Both the position numbers and the translations under genes were made by a program. 64,000 nucleotides of DNA from an uncultured bacterium. GTDB lineage: Bacteria; Krumholzibacteriota; Krumholzibacteriia; LZORAL124-64-63. The notes under the pieces are model-generated. The model had not been told where the DNA came from. It made no database searches and saw only the letters and a program-made list of their open reading frames with translations. This document shows, piece after piece, positions 1-9,101 of the stretch. The stretch spans positions 96,001 through 160,000 of the forward strand of contig CAVSGO010000002.1 of assembly GCA_963727525.1 (NCBI GenBank), given 5' to 3'. Numbering within the stretch: the stretch's first letter is position 1; each line of letters starts with the position of its first letter.

Positions 1-129
1 GCAGGGCGCTACGCGATCACCTGGGATGGCCGGGATGACGCCGGACATGGTGTTGCGACCGGAACCTACATGGCAGCGCTCGTGGCGAATGGCCATCGTG
101 AAGTCTGTAAGGTTGTTGTGATAAAGTGA
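1..129 (+). CDS. C-terminal fragment of a secreted protein with FlgD-like/T9SS-type C-terminal domain (truncated by window edge)
   Basis: Frame 1 reads AGRYAITWDGRDDAGHGVATGTYMAALVANGHREVCKVVVIK-stop (TGA 127-129), the WDGRD..G..V.tG.Y signature; not in ORF track. Confidence 0.85.
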   Translation, partial: AGRYAITWDGRDDAGHGVATGTYMAALVANGHREVCKVVVIK

Positions 130-200
130 GATGTTGCGAGTAGTGGTAGCGCGGCCCGGCGGCATGCCGTAGTGTCAGACCATCGAAAGGAGATTTTATC

Positions 201-2261
201 ATGTATGTGACTAGGATGACTTCGTTACTCTGTCTGAGTGCTCTCGGGATGCTCGCCACCACCGCCCTCGCCGACATCACAACCGCCCCCGACCCCCTCG
301 TCCTCAACGGGACCACCACAACTGGTGACATCATCGTCACCTACACCGGCGCCACATCGATGTACGGCTACTCCATCGACGTGCAATGGGACAACAACGT
401 GGCGTCGGCGGCCGCGAGCGACTTCACCCGGCCTGACAACGGTCCGTTCGCCTCGACAGCGTTCTTCTTCGTGATCGACATCGCGCCCGGGCACGTGCGG
501 ATCGATGCGTCCCTCGAGGGCGCCGATCCCGGCATCACCAGCGATGAGCTGTTCAAGGCGACGTTCGCCGCGGCGACGAGTGGCGTCGACCAGACGGACC
601 TCGACCTCACGATCGTGTCCCTGCGCGATCCGAGCAACGCGGAGATCACCGGCGTGGTCGAGGACGACGGCCTCATCCTGGTCGACACCAGCAATCCCGT
701 CATCAGCAGTGTCGTGATCACCAACGACACGCTGCCGCACACTGACGACTACCTGAAGGACACCGACGCCATCACCGTGACCGCCACGGTCACCGACGAC
801 GATTCCGGTTTCGACGTCTCGAACATCACCGCCGACCTGACCGGCCTCGGCGGCGGCGCGGCAGTCAACCCCGACACCTACGTCAGCCCCACCGCGACGT
901 GGACGATCGCGTCGGCCACCTGTAGCCCGGCGAATGGCACGGTCATCGTGACCGTCGATGCCACCGACGACAATGCCAACATGGCCACGCAGGGCAGCGA
1001 TGACATCACCTCCGACAATATCCCGCCCCTCGACCTCGCCGGCTTCACCGCCATGCCGGGCCACGAGAAGATCCACCTGGCCTGGACCGGCAACGGTACC
1101 GCGAATTACGACGCCAACTTCCTCGGTGTGGTGGTGCGGGCTGTGCCCTGGGGCGACTACCCGGACTACGACACCACCGCGCCGAGCTACCCGGCCGACG
1201 CGATTTCCGGCACCGGCGCCATCGACGACGATACCGGCCTGACGAGCACCGACTGGGGCGTCACTCCGCGCGACATCTACTACCTCGCCGGCTTCGTCTA
1301 CGACCAGGTGCTCCACACCAGCGCGGTGGGCGCGAATGCCCGCGCCACCAACTACTTCCTCGGCGACGTCATGCCCGTGGGCTACGACGGCTATGTCCAG
1401 GTCCTCGACGTCGACCGCCTCGGCGACACCTATGGCCTGCCCGATACCGACGGCGCCTTCGACGCCGAGTGCAACGTCGGCCCCACCGACACCGACAGCC
1501 CCCGCGCCATCCCCCAGCCCAATGACGACAACGAGGTCGGCTTCGAGGATCTGATGATCTTCGCGCTGAACTTCGGGGTCGTCACGCCGAGCACGCGGTT
1601 CGTCGTCGACGACGTGCCCGTGCTCGCATGGCAGCGCGAGGACGACACGACGTGGGTGCTGCGCGTGGTGGCCGCGGGTGACGGCATGCAGGGGCTCAAC
1701 CTGGCGGCGACGCTGCCGGCGGGCGTGACCTGCGAGGTGCAGCCTGGGAGCCTGCTGCAGCAACAGAACGCGCCCACCTTCCTGCGGAACATTCCGCAGC
1801 ATGGTCTCGATGCGGGGCTGGCAGCGTTCGGCCATGGTGTCGGCATCTCAGGCACGGGCGACCTGATCAAGGTGACGCTCAGTGAACCGGTGGCCGCGCT
1901 CGGCGTGGCGATCGACGCGCGCGATCTCAACAACGAATCCATGTCGATCGAGATGAGCGACGCGACGGCGGTCGAAATACCGGCGGTGGCGAGCTTCGCG
2001 CAGAACTATCCCAATCCCTTCAACCCCCAGACGACGCTCGCCTTCGCCTTGCCGCAGGCACAGCACGTGACGCTCGCGATCTACGGGCTTGCCGGCACGC
2101 GGGTGCGCACGCTGGTCGACGAACCGCGTGCGGCGGGGGGTCACACGGTGATCTGGAACGGTCGCGACGACGCCGGACGCGTTCTCGCCACCGGAACATA
2201 CTTCGCCAAGATCGATGCGGGGGACTTCCACCAGATCCGCAAGATGGTCCTGATGAAGTAG
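201..2261 (+). CDS. Secreted multidomain protein: cohesin-like, Ig/Fn3-like, dockerin-like, second beta-sandwich, FlgD-like C-terminal domain
   Basis: AAGGAG RBS; signal peptide ending ALA; cohesin-like YGYSIDVQWD...ELFKATF; GDV...DGYVQVLD / DNEVGFEDL Ca-loop pair; QNYPNPFNP...WNGRDDAG..LATGTY tail. Confidence 0.8.
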   Translation: MYVTRMTSLLCLSALGMLATTALADITTAPDPLVLNGTTTTGDIIVTYTGATSMYGYSIDVQWDNNVASAAASDFTRPDNGPFASTAFFFVIDIAPGHVRIDASLEGADPGITSDELFKATFAAATSGVDQTDLDLTIVSLRDPSNAEITGVVEDDGLILVDTSNPVISSVVITNDTLPHTDDYLKDTDAITVTATVTDDDSGFDVSNITADLTGLGGGAAVNPDTYVSPTATWTIASATCSPANGTVIVTVDATDDNANMATQGSDDITSDNIPPLDLAGFTAMPGHEKIHLAWTGNGTANYDANFLGVVVRAVPWGDYPDYDTTAPSYPADAISGTGAIDDDTGLTSTDWGVTPRDIYYLAGFVYDQVLHTSAVGANARATNYFLGDVMPVGYDGYVQVLDVDRLGDTYGLPDTDGAFDAECNVGPTDTDSPRAIPQPNDDNEVGFEDLMIFALNFGVVTPSTRFVVDDVPVLAWQREDDTTWVLRVVAAGDGMQGLNLAATLPAGVTCEVQPGSLLQQQNAPTFLRNIPQHGLDAGLAAFGHGVGISGTGDLIKVTLSEPVAALGVAIDARDLNNESMSIEMSDATAVEIPAVASFAQNYPNPFNPQTTLAFALPQAQHVTLAIYGLAGTRVRTLVDEPRAAGGHTVIWNGRDDAGRVLATGTYFAKIDAGDFHQIRKMVLMK

Positions 2262-2272
2262 CCGCCGTGCTC

Positions 2273-2301
2273 GGGGTCCCGGAGATCCGAGCCGGGACCC
2301 C
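2273..2301 (+). terminator. Intergenic GC-rich stem-loop (terminator or RNA-stabilising hairpin)
   Basis: GGGGTCCCGG-9 nt-CCGGGACCCC, perfect 10-bp stem, no clear U-tract. Confidence 0.55.
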
Positions 2302-2332
2302 AGAGGTTTATCCCGAACAGGACGGACCCATC

Positions 2333-5300
2333 ATGTTCCCATCACGAAATCGATACCTGGCACTCATCTTGTTCATGACATCCTTGACGGCCGGAGCCAC
2401 CACGATTCATGTACCGAGCGACATTGCCACCATCCAGGCTGCGATCGATGCGGCGGCACCCAGCGGCGACGAGATCATCGTCGCGCCCGGCACCTACGAG
2501 GAACAGCTCGTCATCACGAAGAGCCTGACGCTGATGGGGGCCGGCATCGGCCAGACCATCATCCATGCCCCCGCGTTCATGCCGCACACCGCGCACACGC
2601 TCCAGTACAACGCCGTGATCCACGTCGAGCAGCCGGCGACGGGTGTGGTCCTGAGCGATTTCACGATCGACGGCGATGGCCGCGGCCGCCCTTCCACGCG
2701 CTTCACCGGCATCATGTACGACGGTGTCGGGGGCCGCGCCGAACGTATCGAGATCATGCGTATGCACGATACGCCCGTGTCCGACACGGTGTCCGGGATC
2801 GGGTTCTACGCGTCGTCCAACCAGGGCGACAACTCCGACCTCGACGTCACCGATCTCTCGATCCACGATTTTCAGAAGTCGGGCTTCGCCGTCGCCGGAG
2901 CCGGCGGCGCGATGCACGCCACCAACGTGGTGATCGACCCGGCCGCCACCTACACGGATGCCGTGCAGAACGGCTTCGAGATGCTCCTGGGCGCCTACGG
3001 CACGCTCACGAACTGCACCGCCCGCATGTGCTGGTACGACGGCGATCCGATGGCCGGCGCCACCTCGGTGGGCTTTCTGATGTATTACGGTCAGCACTGG
3101 ACGCTGGAGAATTGCGCCGCCGATCAGGACCAGACCGGCATCTTCAGCATCGCCACGAGCTTCGATCTCGAGGGTTCGACCGTGACGAGCTATCCGTCGG
3201 TCCTGAACTTCAACAACGGCATCACGGTGGCGACCTCCACGCCATACCTGCGCGACGAGTCCCACATCGGCGATCCGTCGCCCCTCGAAGGCGCTGGCGC
3301 CGCGACGTCGAACGAAAGCGACTGGACGTACCGGATGTCCGACTGCAAGGTCTCGGGCGCCGGTATCCTCACCTCCACTGGTCTGACGCTCTATTCGGTA
3401 TTCCTGCAGCTCGGCGTTGAATTGACGGACTCACGCCTCGAGGACTGGGACAACGGGGTGCGCGTGCTCGAGGCCAACGGCGGCCGGGTACGCGGTACCG
3501 CGCGGAGCTGCACGATCGACGGTAGCGGGTTCTATGGCATCTATAGCAACAGCGTGGCGCCGTTCGATGCGCGCGGGAACTGGTGGGGCGATCCCTCGGG
3601 ACCGAACCATCCGAGCCAGAACCCCTACGCGCACGGTGATCCCGTGAGCGATCATGTACTTTTCGACCCGTGGCTCGAGGGCAATCTCGCGTGTGCGCCT
3701 TTGCCCCGTTACATCTCGCAGGACGATGACGACGGCGTCGGCGGTTACGCCGATTCCATCACCTTGCACTACCTCGGGGGCGGCTCGGGCCCCATCTACG
3801 GCTTCTCCACCGAACTGACCTGGGACCAGGCGAAGCTCACCGCCGCATCCGTGGACGTCTCGCGTCCGGCCAGGGGACCGTTTCAGGACGCGAGCCTCTT
3901 TCAGGTGCTCACGATCCCGGGTGGTCTGCGCGTGGACGCCGCCCTCGGCGGCAATCAGTCAGGCGTGGAATCCGGCGACCTATTCCGCGTGACGTACCAC
4001 CTGGTCGGCGCACCCGATTACACCGCGGTGCCGATCGCCTTCCATGTGCGCAACCTGCGCGACAACCTGAATCAGGAGATCTCCGGCTGCACCGCGACGG
4101 ACGGGCTGGTGATCGGCGACGTGCAGGGGCCCGTGATCTCGAGCCTGAAGCTCATCAACGGGAGCCTGCCACACACCGACGACTACGCCAAGAATGGCGA
4201 TCTCGTGCGGGTGGATGCCGTCGTCAGCGACGGTGATCCGCTCTTCGGGAGCGCAAACATCGAGGGGAACCTGCTCTATCTCATCGGCGTCACCGGATGG
4301 CAGCTCTTTCCCGACAGCTACGTACTGGATCAGGCGTCCTGGGCGCCGCGGCCGGCGTCGCTCACGCCCGCGGACGGGCCGGTGCCGTTTACAGTGACGG
4401 CCACCGACCCGGCCGGCAACGTGACCATGGCCGCCAGCGAGATCACCTCCGACAACACGCCGCCGCAGGCCATCTCCGGCCTCGTCGTCACGCCCGGGCA
4501 CAATCAAATCCAGGTGCAGTGGAACGATCCCACGGGCCTCGATGCCCACCTGCGCCACGTCGCGGTGCGCGCGAACCGGTGGCTCGACTACCCGCAGTAC
4601 GCCACACCAACGCCCGGTTACCCGCCGGGACCCACGCAGGGTGACGCGATCTACACCGGTCCTGGCACCAGCGCCACCGGCGCGTACCCGGCCGACGGCA
4701 GCGAGCGTGATATCGTCTTCGTCCAGGCCTTCGCGGTGGATATCGTGGACCTCAGTTCCCCCGTCGCCTCGGACGCGCGCGGACGCGCCACGAACTACCT
4801 GCTCGGCGACGTCAACGGCGGTGCCGGCGGCGGCGTGTACGACGGCATCACCAACATCTACGACATCACCCAGCTCGGCGACACCTTCGATCTCCACGAC
4901 GGCGATACCGGGTTCGACGCCGAGTGCGACGTGGGCCCCACCGACAACATGAGCGCCTTCGGCATCCCGTTGCCCGACGACGTGATCGATTTCAACGACC
5001 TCATGATCTTCTCGATCCAGTTCCAGAATTCGCTGGCACCGCCGCGGAGCTTGCCGGCGACCGGCGAACCCTCCCTGCGATTCACCCGCGTGGGGCCGCA
5101 GGTGTGGAGTCTGGAGCTATGTGCGCCATGCCCGCAGCTCAAGGGATTGCGTCTGCGCGCCAAGCTGCCCGATGGCGTGACGGCACAGGTCGAGGCGGGC
5201 GCGCTTCTCGCGCAGCAGGGGGCGCCGTATTTCCTGCACGGCGGGCGTCACGGCGATATCGACGCCAGTCTCGCCATGCTTGGCCGCGGGGTTGGCGTCG

Positions 5301-5716
5301 CCGGCCAGGGCGAGCTGCTGCGCGTCGTGACGTCGCAGCCCGTGAACGACATGACGCCGGGCATCGATGCGCGCGATCTCGCCAATGCGACACTCGTGTC
5401 TCGCGTGGCAGGGCCGGTAGCCACCGCCGACACCCCACTCGCCTTCGCGTCGCGCGGCAACCATCCGAATCCGTTCAACCCGTCGACGGCCATCGCCTTC
5501 GACCTGCCGTCGTCGCAACCGGTGCGTGTGACGATCTATGCCCTCGACGGCCGTCGGGTGGCGCGCCTGCTCGACGGCACGTTGCCGGCCGGACGGCACC
5601 AGGTAACCTGGAAAGGTTGCGACGACGCCGAGCGCGCCGTCGCCGCCGGCGTGTACGTGTATCGGCTGGAGGCCGGCCCCTGGTCGGCCACCGGTAAGCT
5701 CAATCTCGTGAAGTGA
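2333..5716 (+). CDS. Secreted protein: pectin-lyase-like beta-helix plus cohesin-like, Ig/Fn3, dockerin-like and FlgD-like domains
   Basis: ATG 2333 with signal peptide; TIQAAIDAA..GDEIIVAPGTYEE and DARGNWWG..SGP beta-helix motifs; C-terminal part paralogous to 201..2261 (LPHTDDY, ATNY.LGDV, FDAEC.VGPTD); NPFNPST tail. Confidence 0.8.
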   Translation: MFPSRNRYLALILFMTSLTAGATTIHVPSDIATIQAAIDAAAPSGDEIIVAPGTYEEQLVITKSLTLMGAGIGQTIIHAPAFMPHTAHTLQYNAVIHVEQPATGVVLSDFTIDGDGRGRPSTRFTGIMYDGVGGRAERIEIMRMHDTPVSDTVSGIGFYASSNQGDNSDLDVTDLSIHDFQKSGFAVAGAGGAMHATNVVIDPAATYTDAVQNGFEMLLGAYGTLTNCTARMCWYDGDPMAGATSVGFLMYYGQHWTLENCAADQDQTGIFSIATSFDLEGSTVTSYPSVLNFNNGITVATSTPYLRDESHIGDPSPLEGAGAATSNESDWTYRMSDCKVSGAGILTSTGLTLYSVFLQLGVELTDSRLEDWDNGVRVLEANGGRVRGTARSCTIDGSGFYGIYSNSVAPFDARGNWWGDPSGPNHPSQNPYAHGDPVSDHVLFDPWLEGNLACAPLPRYISQDDDDGVGGYADSITLHYLGGGSGPIYGFSTELTWDQAKLTAASVDVSRPARGPFQDASLFQVLTIPGGLRVDAALGGNQSGVESGDLFRVTYHLVGAPDYTAVPIAFHVRNLRDNLNQEISGCTATDGLVIGDVQGPVISSLKLINGSLPHTDDYAKNGDLVRVDAVVSDGDPLFGSANIEGNLLYLIGVTGWQLFPDSYVLDQASWAPRPASLTPADGPVPFTVTATDPAGNVTMAASEITSDNTPPQAISGLVVTPGHNQIQVQWNDPTGLDAHLRHVAVRANRWLDYPQYATPTPGYPPGPTQGDAIYTGPGTSATGAYPADGSERDIVFVQAFAVDIVDLSSPVASDARGRATNYLLGDVNGGAGGGVYDGITNIYDITQLGDTFDLHDGDTGFDAECDVGPTDNMSAFGIPLPDDVIDFNDLMIFSIQFQNSLAPPRSLPATGEPSLRFTRVGPQVWSLELCAPCPQLKGLRLRAKLPDGVTAQVEAGALLAQQGAPYFLHGGRHGDIDASLAMLGRGVGVAGQGELLRVVTSQPVNDMTPGIDARDLANATLVSRVAGPVATADTPLAFASRGNHPNPFNPSTAIAFDLPSSQPVRVTIYALDGRRVARLLDGTLPAGRHQVTWKGCDDAERAVAAGVYVYRLEAGPWSATGKLNLVK

Positions 5717-5727
5717 CAGGAGACATC

Positions 5728-6504
5728 ATGATTCGCATGCTCGCGTTCCTGGTGGTCGCCTGTCTCGTCACGACCGCGGCGACCGCCGACCCCGTGCTCC
5801 GCTGGACGCCGGCCGACACCACGATCACGCCTGGTGATGCGAGCACCCTCTCGGTCATGCTCGACGACACGCTCACCGTGCGTACCATCGAGCTGTACGT
5901 CAGCTACGACCCCGATGTCGTCTCCACCATCAGCGGCGGCCCCGGCGCCCTCTTCGATGGATTCAACAACCTGTTCCAGGGATTCGGTGAGACGCACCCC
6001 GCTCAACCCGGCCAGTGGCACGGCTACTGCGTGATCCTCGGCGCGGGCGACTGGACCGTGGGTCCCGGCGAACTGTATCGCTGGACCGTTCAGGGTGACG
6101 CGGTCGGCATCTCCACCGTCGTCGCCGATTCGTTGATCCTGCTGCCGCCTGGCGGTGGCGACTACACCGAGGTCACGCTACCGAGCACCACCCTGCGCGT
6201 CTTCGACGTGCTGCTCGACGTGCCCGCGGCCGACAGCGCCATCAGCCTGGCAGTGGCGCCGAATCCATTCAATCCGCGCACGCGGATCGTCGTGGACGGG
6301 GCGGCCGGTCTCGCGGGGTATCTCGACGTGCTCGACGCGCGAGGGTACCGCGTGGCCCGCCTGTGGCGAGGACTGGGCGTGAGCAACCTCGACTGGGACG
6401 GGCGCGATGACGGCGGCCGGGCGCTGCCCAGTGGCGTCTACACGTTCGTGCTGACCGGAAACGGCGGCACGCGGGCGCAGACACGAGGGACGCTGCTGCG
6501 CTAG
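5728..6504 (+). CDS. Secreted cohesin-like domain protein with FlgD-like C-terminal domain
   Basis: AGGAGA RBS, signal peptide, IELYVSYDPDVV...GELYRWTV cohesin-like pattern, PNPFNP...WDGRDDGGRALPSGVY. Confidence 0.8.
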   Translation: MIRMLAFLVVACLVTTAATADPVLRWTPADTTITPGDASTLSVMLDDTLTVRTIELYVSYDPDVVSTISGGPGALFDGFNNLFQGFGETHPAQPGQWHGYCVILGAGDWTVGPGELYRWTVQGDAVGISTVVADSLILLPPGGGDYTEVTLPSTTLRVFDVLLDVPAADSAISLAVAPNPFNPRTRIVVDGAAGLAGYLDVLDARGYRVARLWRGLGVSNLDWDGRDDGGRALPSGVYTFVLTGNGGTRAQTRGTLLR

Positions 6505-6513
6505 TTCGGTTGC

Positions 6514-6918
6514 CTACGCCTTGCGCGCGTGCGGCGCGCGCTGGCGACGCACCAGGGCCTCGTCCACCGTCGCGGCGGGCGGTCCGGCCGCGAGCCTGGC
6601 CATGCGCCACGCGTCGTCGCTCGCGTCGATGAGGTACTGGTGCACCAACACCGCCGGCATCCAGACGGAGCCGTCGGCCCCGGGCCGCACCGTGTTCTCG
6701 CGGATCTCGAGCAGCAGGCGCCGGCTCCGGTGATCGCAATCGAGGGGACGCACCCGCGCCTTTCCGTCCTTGCGCAGCACGAGATGGAGCTGCGGCGGGT
6801 GGCTTCCGGCGCCGTCGGCCAGCTCGAGGGTGAAACGGGGCTGGATCCGGGAACTGCGGACTCGCAACTCGAGACCGATGGCAGCGCAAGCTTCCGCCAG
6901 CCTGGCGAACTCGTCCAT
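6514..6918 (-). CDS. Hypothetical protein (134 aa)
   Basis: ATG at 6918 preceded by CAGGAGG; no recognisable family. Confidence 0.55.
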   Translation of the reverse strand: MDEFARLAEACAAIGLELRVRSSRIQPRFTLELADGAGSHPPQLHLVLRKDGKARVRPLDCDHRSRRLLLEIRENTVRPGADGSVWMPAVLVHQYLIDASDDAWRMARLAAGPPAATVDEALVRRQRAPHARKA

Positions 6919-7025
6919 ATTTCCCTCCTGGTCGCGGCGTGCCCCGTGCCCCCCAGCATGCGAAACCCGCCCGGCTGCGGCTCGTCGCTCGGCGTCCATC
7001 TTACCAGGAGTGGTTTCCGTGTCAA

Positions 7026-8688
7026 TCAGCACCCGGCGCGCAGCTTCATGCCGCCGCTCAGATACATGAGACGGGTAAATCCAAGCGGTTGCAGGCGCCT
7101 GACGGCCTCGAGGCTCCGGGGTCCGCGGGCGCAGACGACCACGACCGTGCAGTCGCGCGGGATGGTCTGGAGATGGCGATCCAGTTCACCGAGAGGAATG
7201 GTGAGCGCCCCCGCGATGGCGGGCAGGTCGCCCGTCACCTCATCGGCCCCGCGCACGTCGAGCACCCGGATGTCACCATGGTCCGCCATGCCCGGCGGCG
7301 CCGCGAGCGGTCCGCCCGCCTCGGCGGTCCGGGCCAGGGCCGCAAGGTGTTGCACCGGATCGACCGCCGCGTTGATCGCGGGGCTGAACGCCGGTTCGAC
7401 ATCGAACAGGTCCTGGAGCGTGCCCCCGCGGCGCATCACCGCGGCCACCACGTCGGCACGCTTGCCGACCTCGCCGGCGCCCACGCCCTGCCACCCGAGG
7501 ATCCGGCCGCATCCCCGCTCCCAGACCAGCTTGGCCGCAAATCCCGCGCGGTCGACCTGCAGGGGCGAGCGGTCGTCGAAACAGCCCCACACGGCGGCCG
7601 TGTCCAGGCCGGCCGCCAGGGCGGCGGTCTGGGTGAGCCCGGTCGTGGCCACCGTCACCTCGCCCAGACGCAGCGCAGTGCTGCCCAGGACCGGCGGAAA
7701 CGGCGTCGGAGAACCGGCGAGGGCGTCGCCGACCGCGCGTCCAGTGCGCGTGGCGAGCGATCCGCGAGCAAGAAGGCAGGGTGCGTCCGTCACCGCGTGC
7801 GTCCACTCGACACAGTCGCCACACGCCCAGATGTCGGCCGCCACCCGGAGCTGGGCATCGACCACGATGCCGCCGGTGGCGCCGATCGGCAGACCGGCCT
7901 CGCGTGCGAGCGCGGTGCGCGGCACGGTGCCCATGGCGACGAGGGCGCGATCAGCCGCGATCGCCCCGGTCTCCGTGTCCACGTGCACGCCCGCGCCCGA
8001 CGGACGGGTGGACCGCACCAACGCGCTCGGTGCGTACGGAAACACCGAGATCGCCCAGCACCCGCGCCGCGATGGCGCCGAGTTCGGGATCGAGCAGCCG
8101 GGGCAGGACCTGGTCGGCGGCTTCCACGAGCGTGGTGCTCACGCCCCACACCTCGGCCAGGGCCGCGGCCATCACGGTGCCCACGCATCCGCCGCCGAGT
8201 ACCGCCACGCTCTCCACGCGACCGCCGGCGAGATCCGCCTGGAGCGACTGGATGGCGAGGGGATCGTGACCCGCCAGCGCCGCAGCATCGAGGGCCACTC
8301 CCGCCGGCAACGCGGTGGCCGCTCCGGTGGCGAGCACGAGTCGATCATAGGCGAGATGGTCGGTGGCGCCGTCGGCGACATGCCGCACGGCGAGCCGCCG
8401 TGCGTCGCGGTCGATCGCGGTGGCCAGCCAGCCCGTGCGCACGTCGACGCGCTTGACGTCTCGGAAGTACGCCACGTCGCGCAGACACCCGTAGGTGGTC
8501 GAACGCAGCGCCGCGAGGCTGGGTGCCTCGCCGGCGAGATAGAGAGGAAGGCCCCATGGGGGCAGCGAGATATGCGCGCGCGGGTCGACGACCGTGATCG
8601 CAGCGTCCGGAAGCAGCCGGCGCGCCCGGCAGGCCGCCTTCAGACCCGCCACCGCAGCCCCCACCACCACCACGCGAAGGTCAGACAC
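7026..8688 (-). pseudogene. CoA-disulfide/persulfide reductase-like FAD oxidoreductase with C-terminal rhodanese domain, frameshifted near 8028
   Basis: ORF 7951..8688 has FAD motif, YDRLVLATG and GGG motif; ORF 7026..8045 has IWACGDC, dimerisation domain and rhodanese (LDVR...VVVCARGPRS); removing one base near 8028 joins them into about 553 aa. Confidence 0.75.
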
Positions 8689-8998
8689 AGCCCGTGGGCT
8701 TGGCCAGCCCCGCCACCTTGCAGGCGCCCTTCGCCGGACCGCTGGGGAACAGCTCGTAGAGTTGCTTCAGCGGGAACCCTGTCTCCTTGCACAGCTTGCG
8801 GACCATGGGCGCCACGCCGAATTCGGCGTAGTAGGTGCGCAGGTAGTGCATGATCTTCCAGTGATCGTCGGTGAGCTGCGCGATGCCGTCGCCGGCGGCC
8901 AGCGCCTTGGCGATATCGTCGGTCCAGGATTCCGGGTGCACCATGAAGCCGTCGTCATCGACCTCGATAGACACGCCGCCGTGCTCGTACATGGGCAT
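8681..8998 (-). CDS. DsrC/TusE/DsvC family sulfur-carrier protein with both C-terminal cysteines
   Basis: DDDGF..PESW, LTDDHW, LYELFPSGPAKGACKVAGLAKPTGCV; AGGAGG RBS. Confidence 0.93.
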   Translation of the reverse strand: MPMYEHGGVSIEVDDDGFMVHPESWTDDIAKALAAGDGIAQLTDDHWKIMHYLRTYYAEFGVAPMVRKLCKETGFPLKQLYELFPSGPAKGACKVAGLAKPTGCV

Positions 8999-9101
8999 TC
9001 CAGCCAACCTCCTCTTGCGTCCCGTCGAGCGCCACGCTCCGGGACCACGCCATCAGGTCTCGCCAAAGATAGCCCGCGCAATTCAGGGATGACAGGAGGA
9101 G

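Noticed and set aside
105-132. AT-rich stretch resembling the 25-bp box
   Set aside because: It encodes the KVVVIK-stop end of the truncated FlgD-tail gene
7951-8045. Programmed frameshift or selenocysteine recoding in the reductase
   Set aside because: No slippery run at the junction and no in-frame TGA at a Cys position (the codon there is TGG)
6529-8853. 774-aa plus-strand ORF
   Set aside because: Low-complexity Arg/Ala/Pro shadow ORF opposite recognisable minus-strand genes
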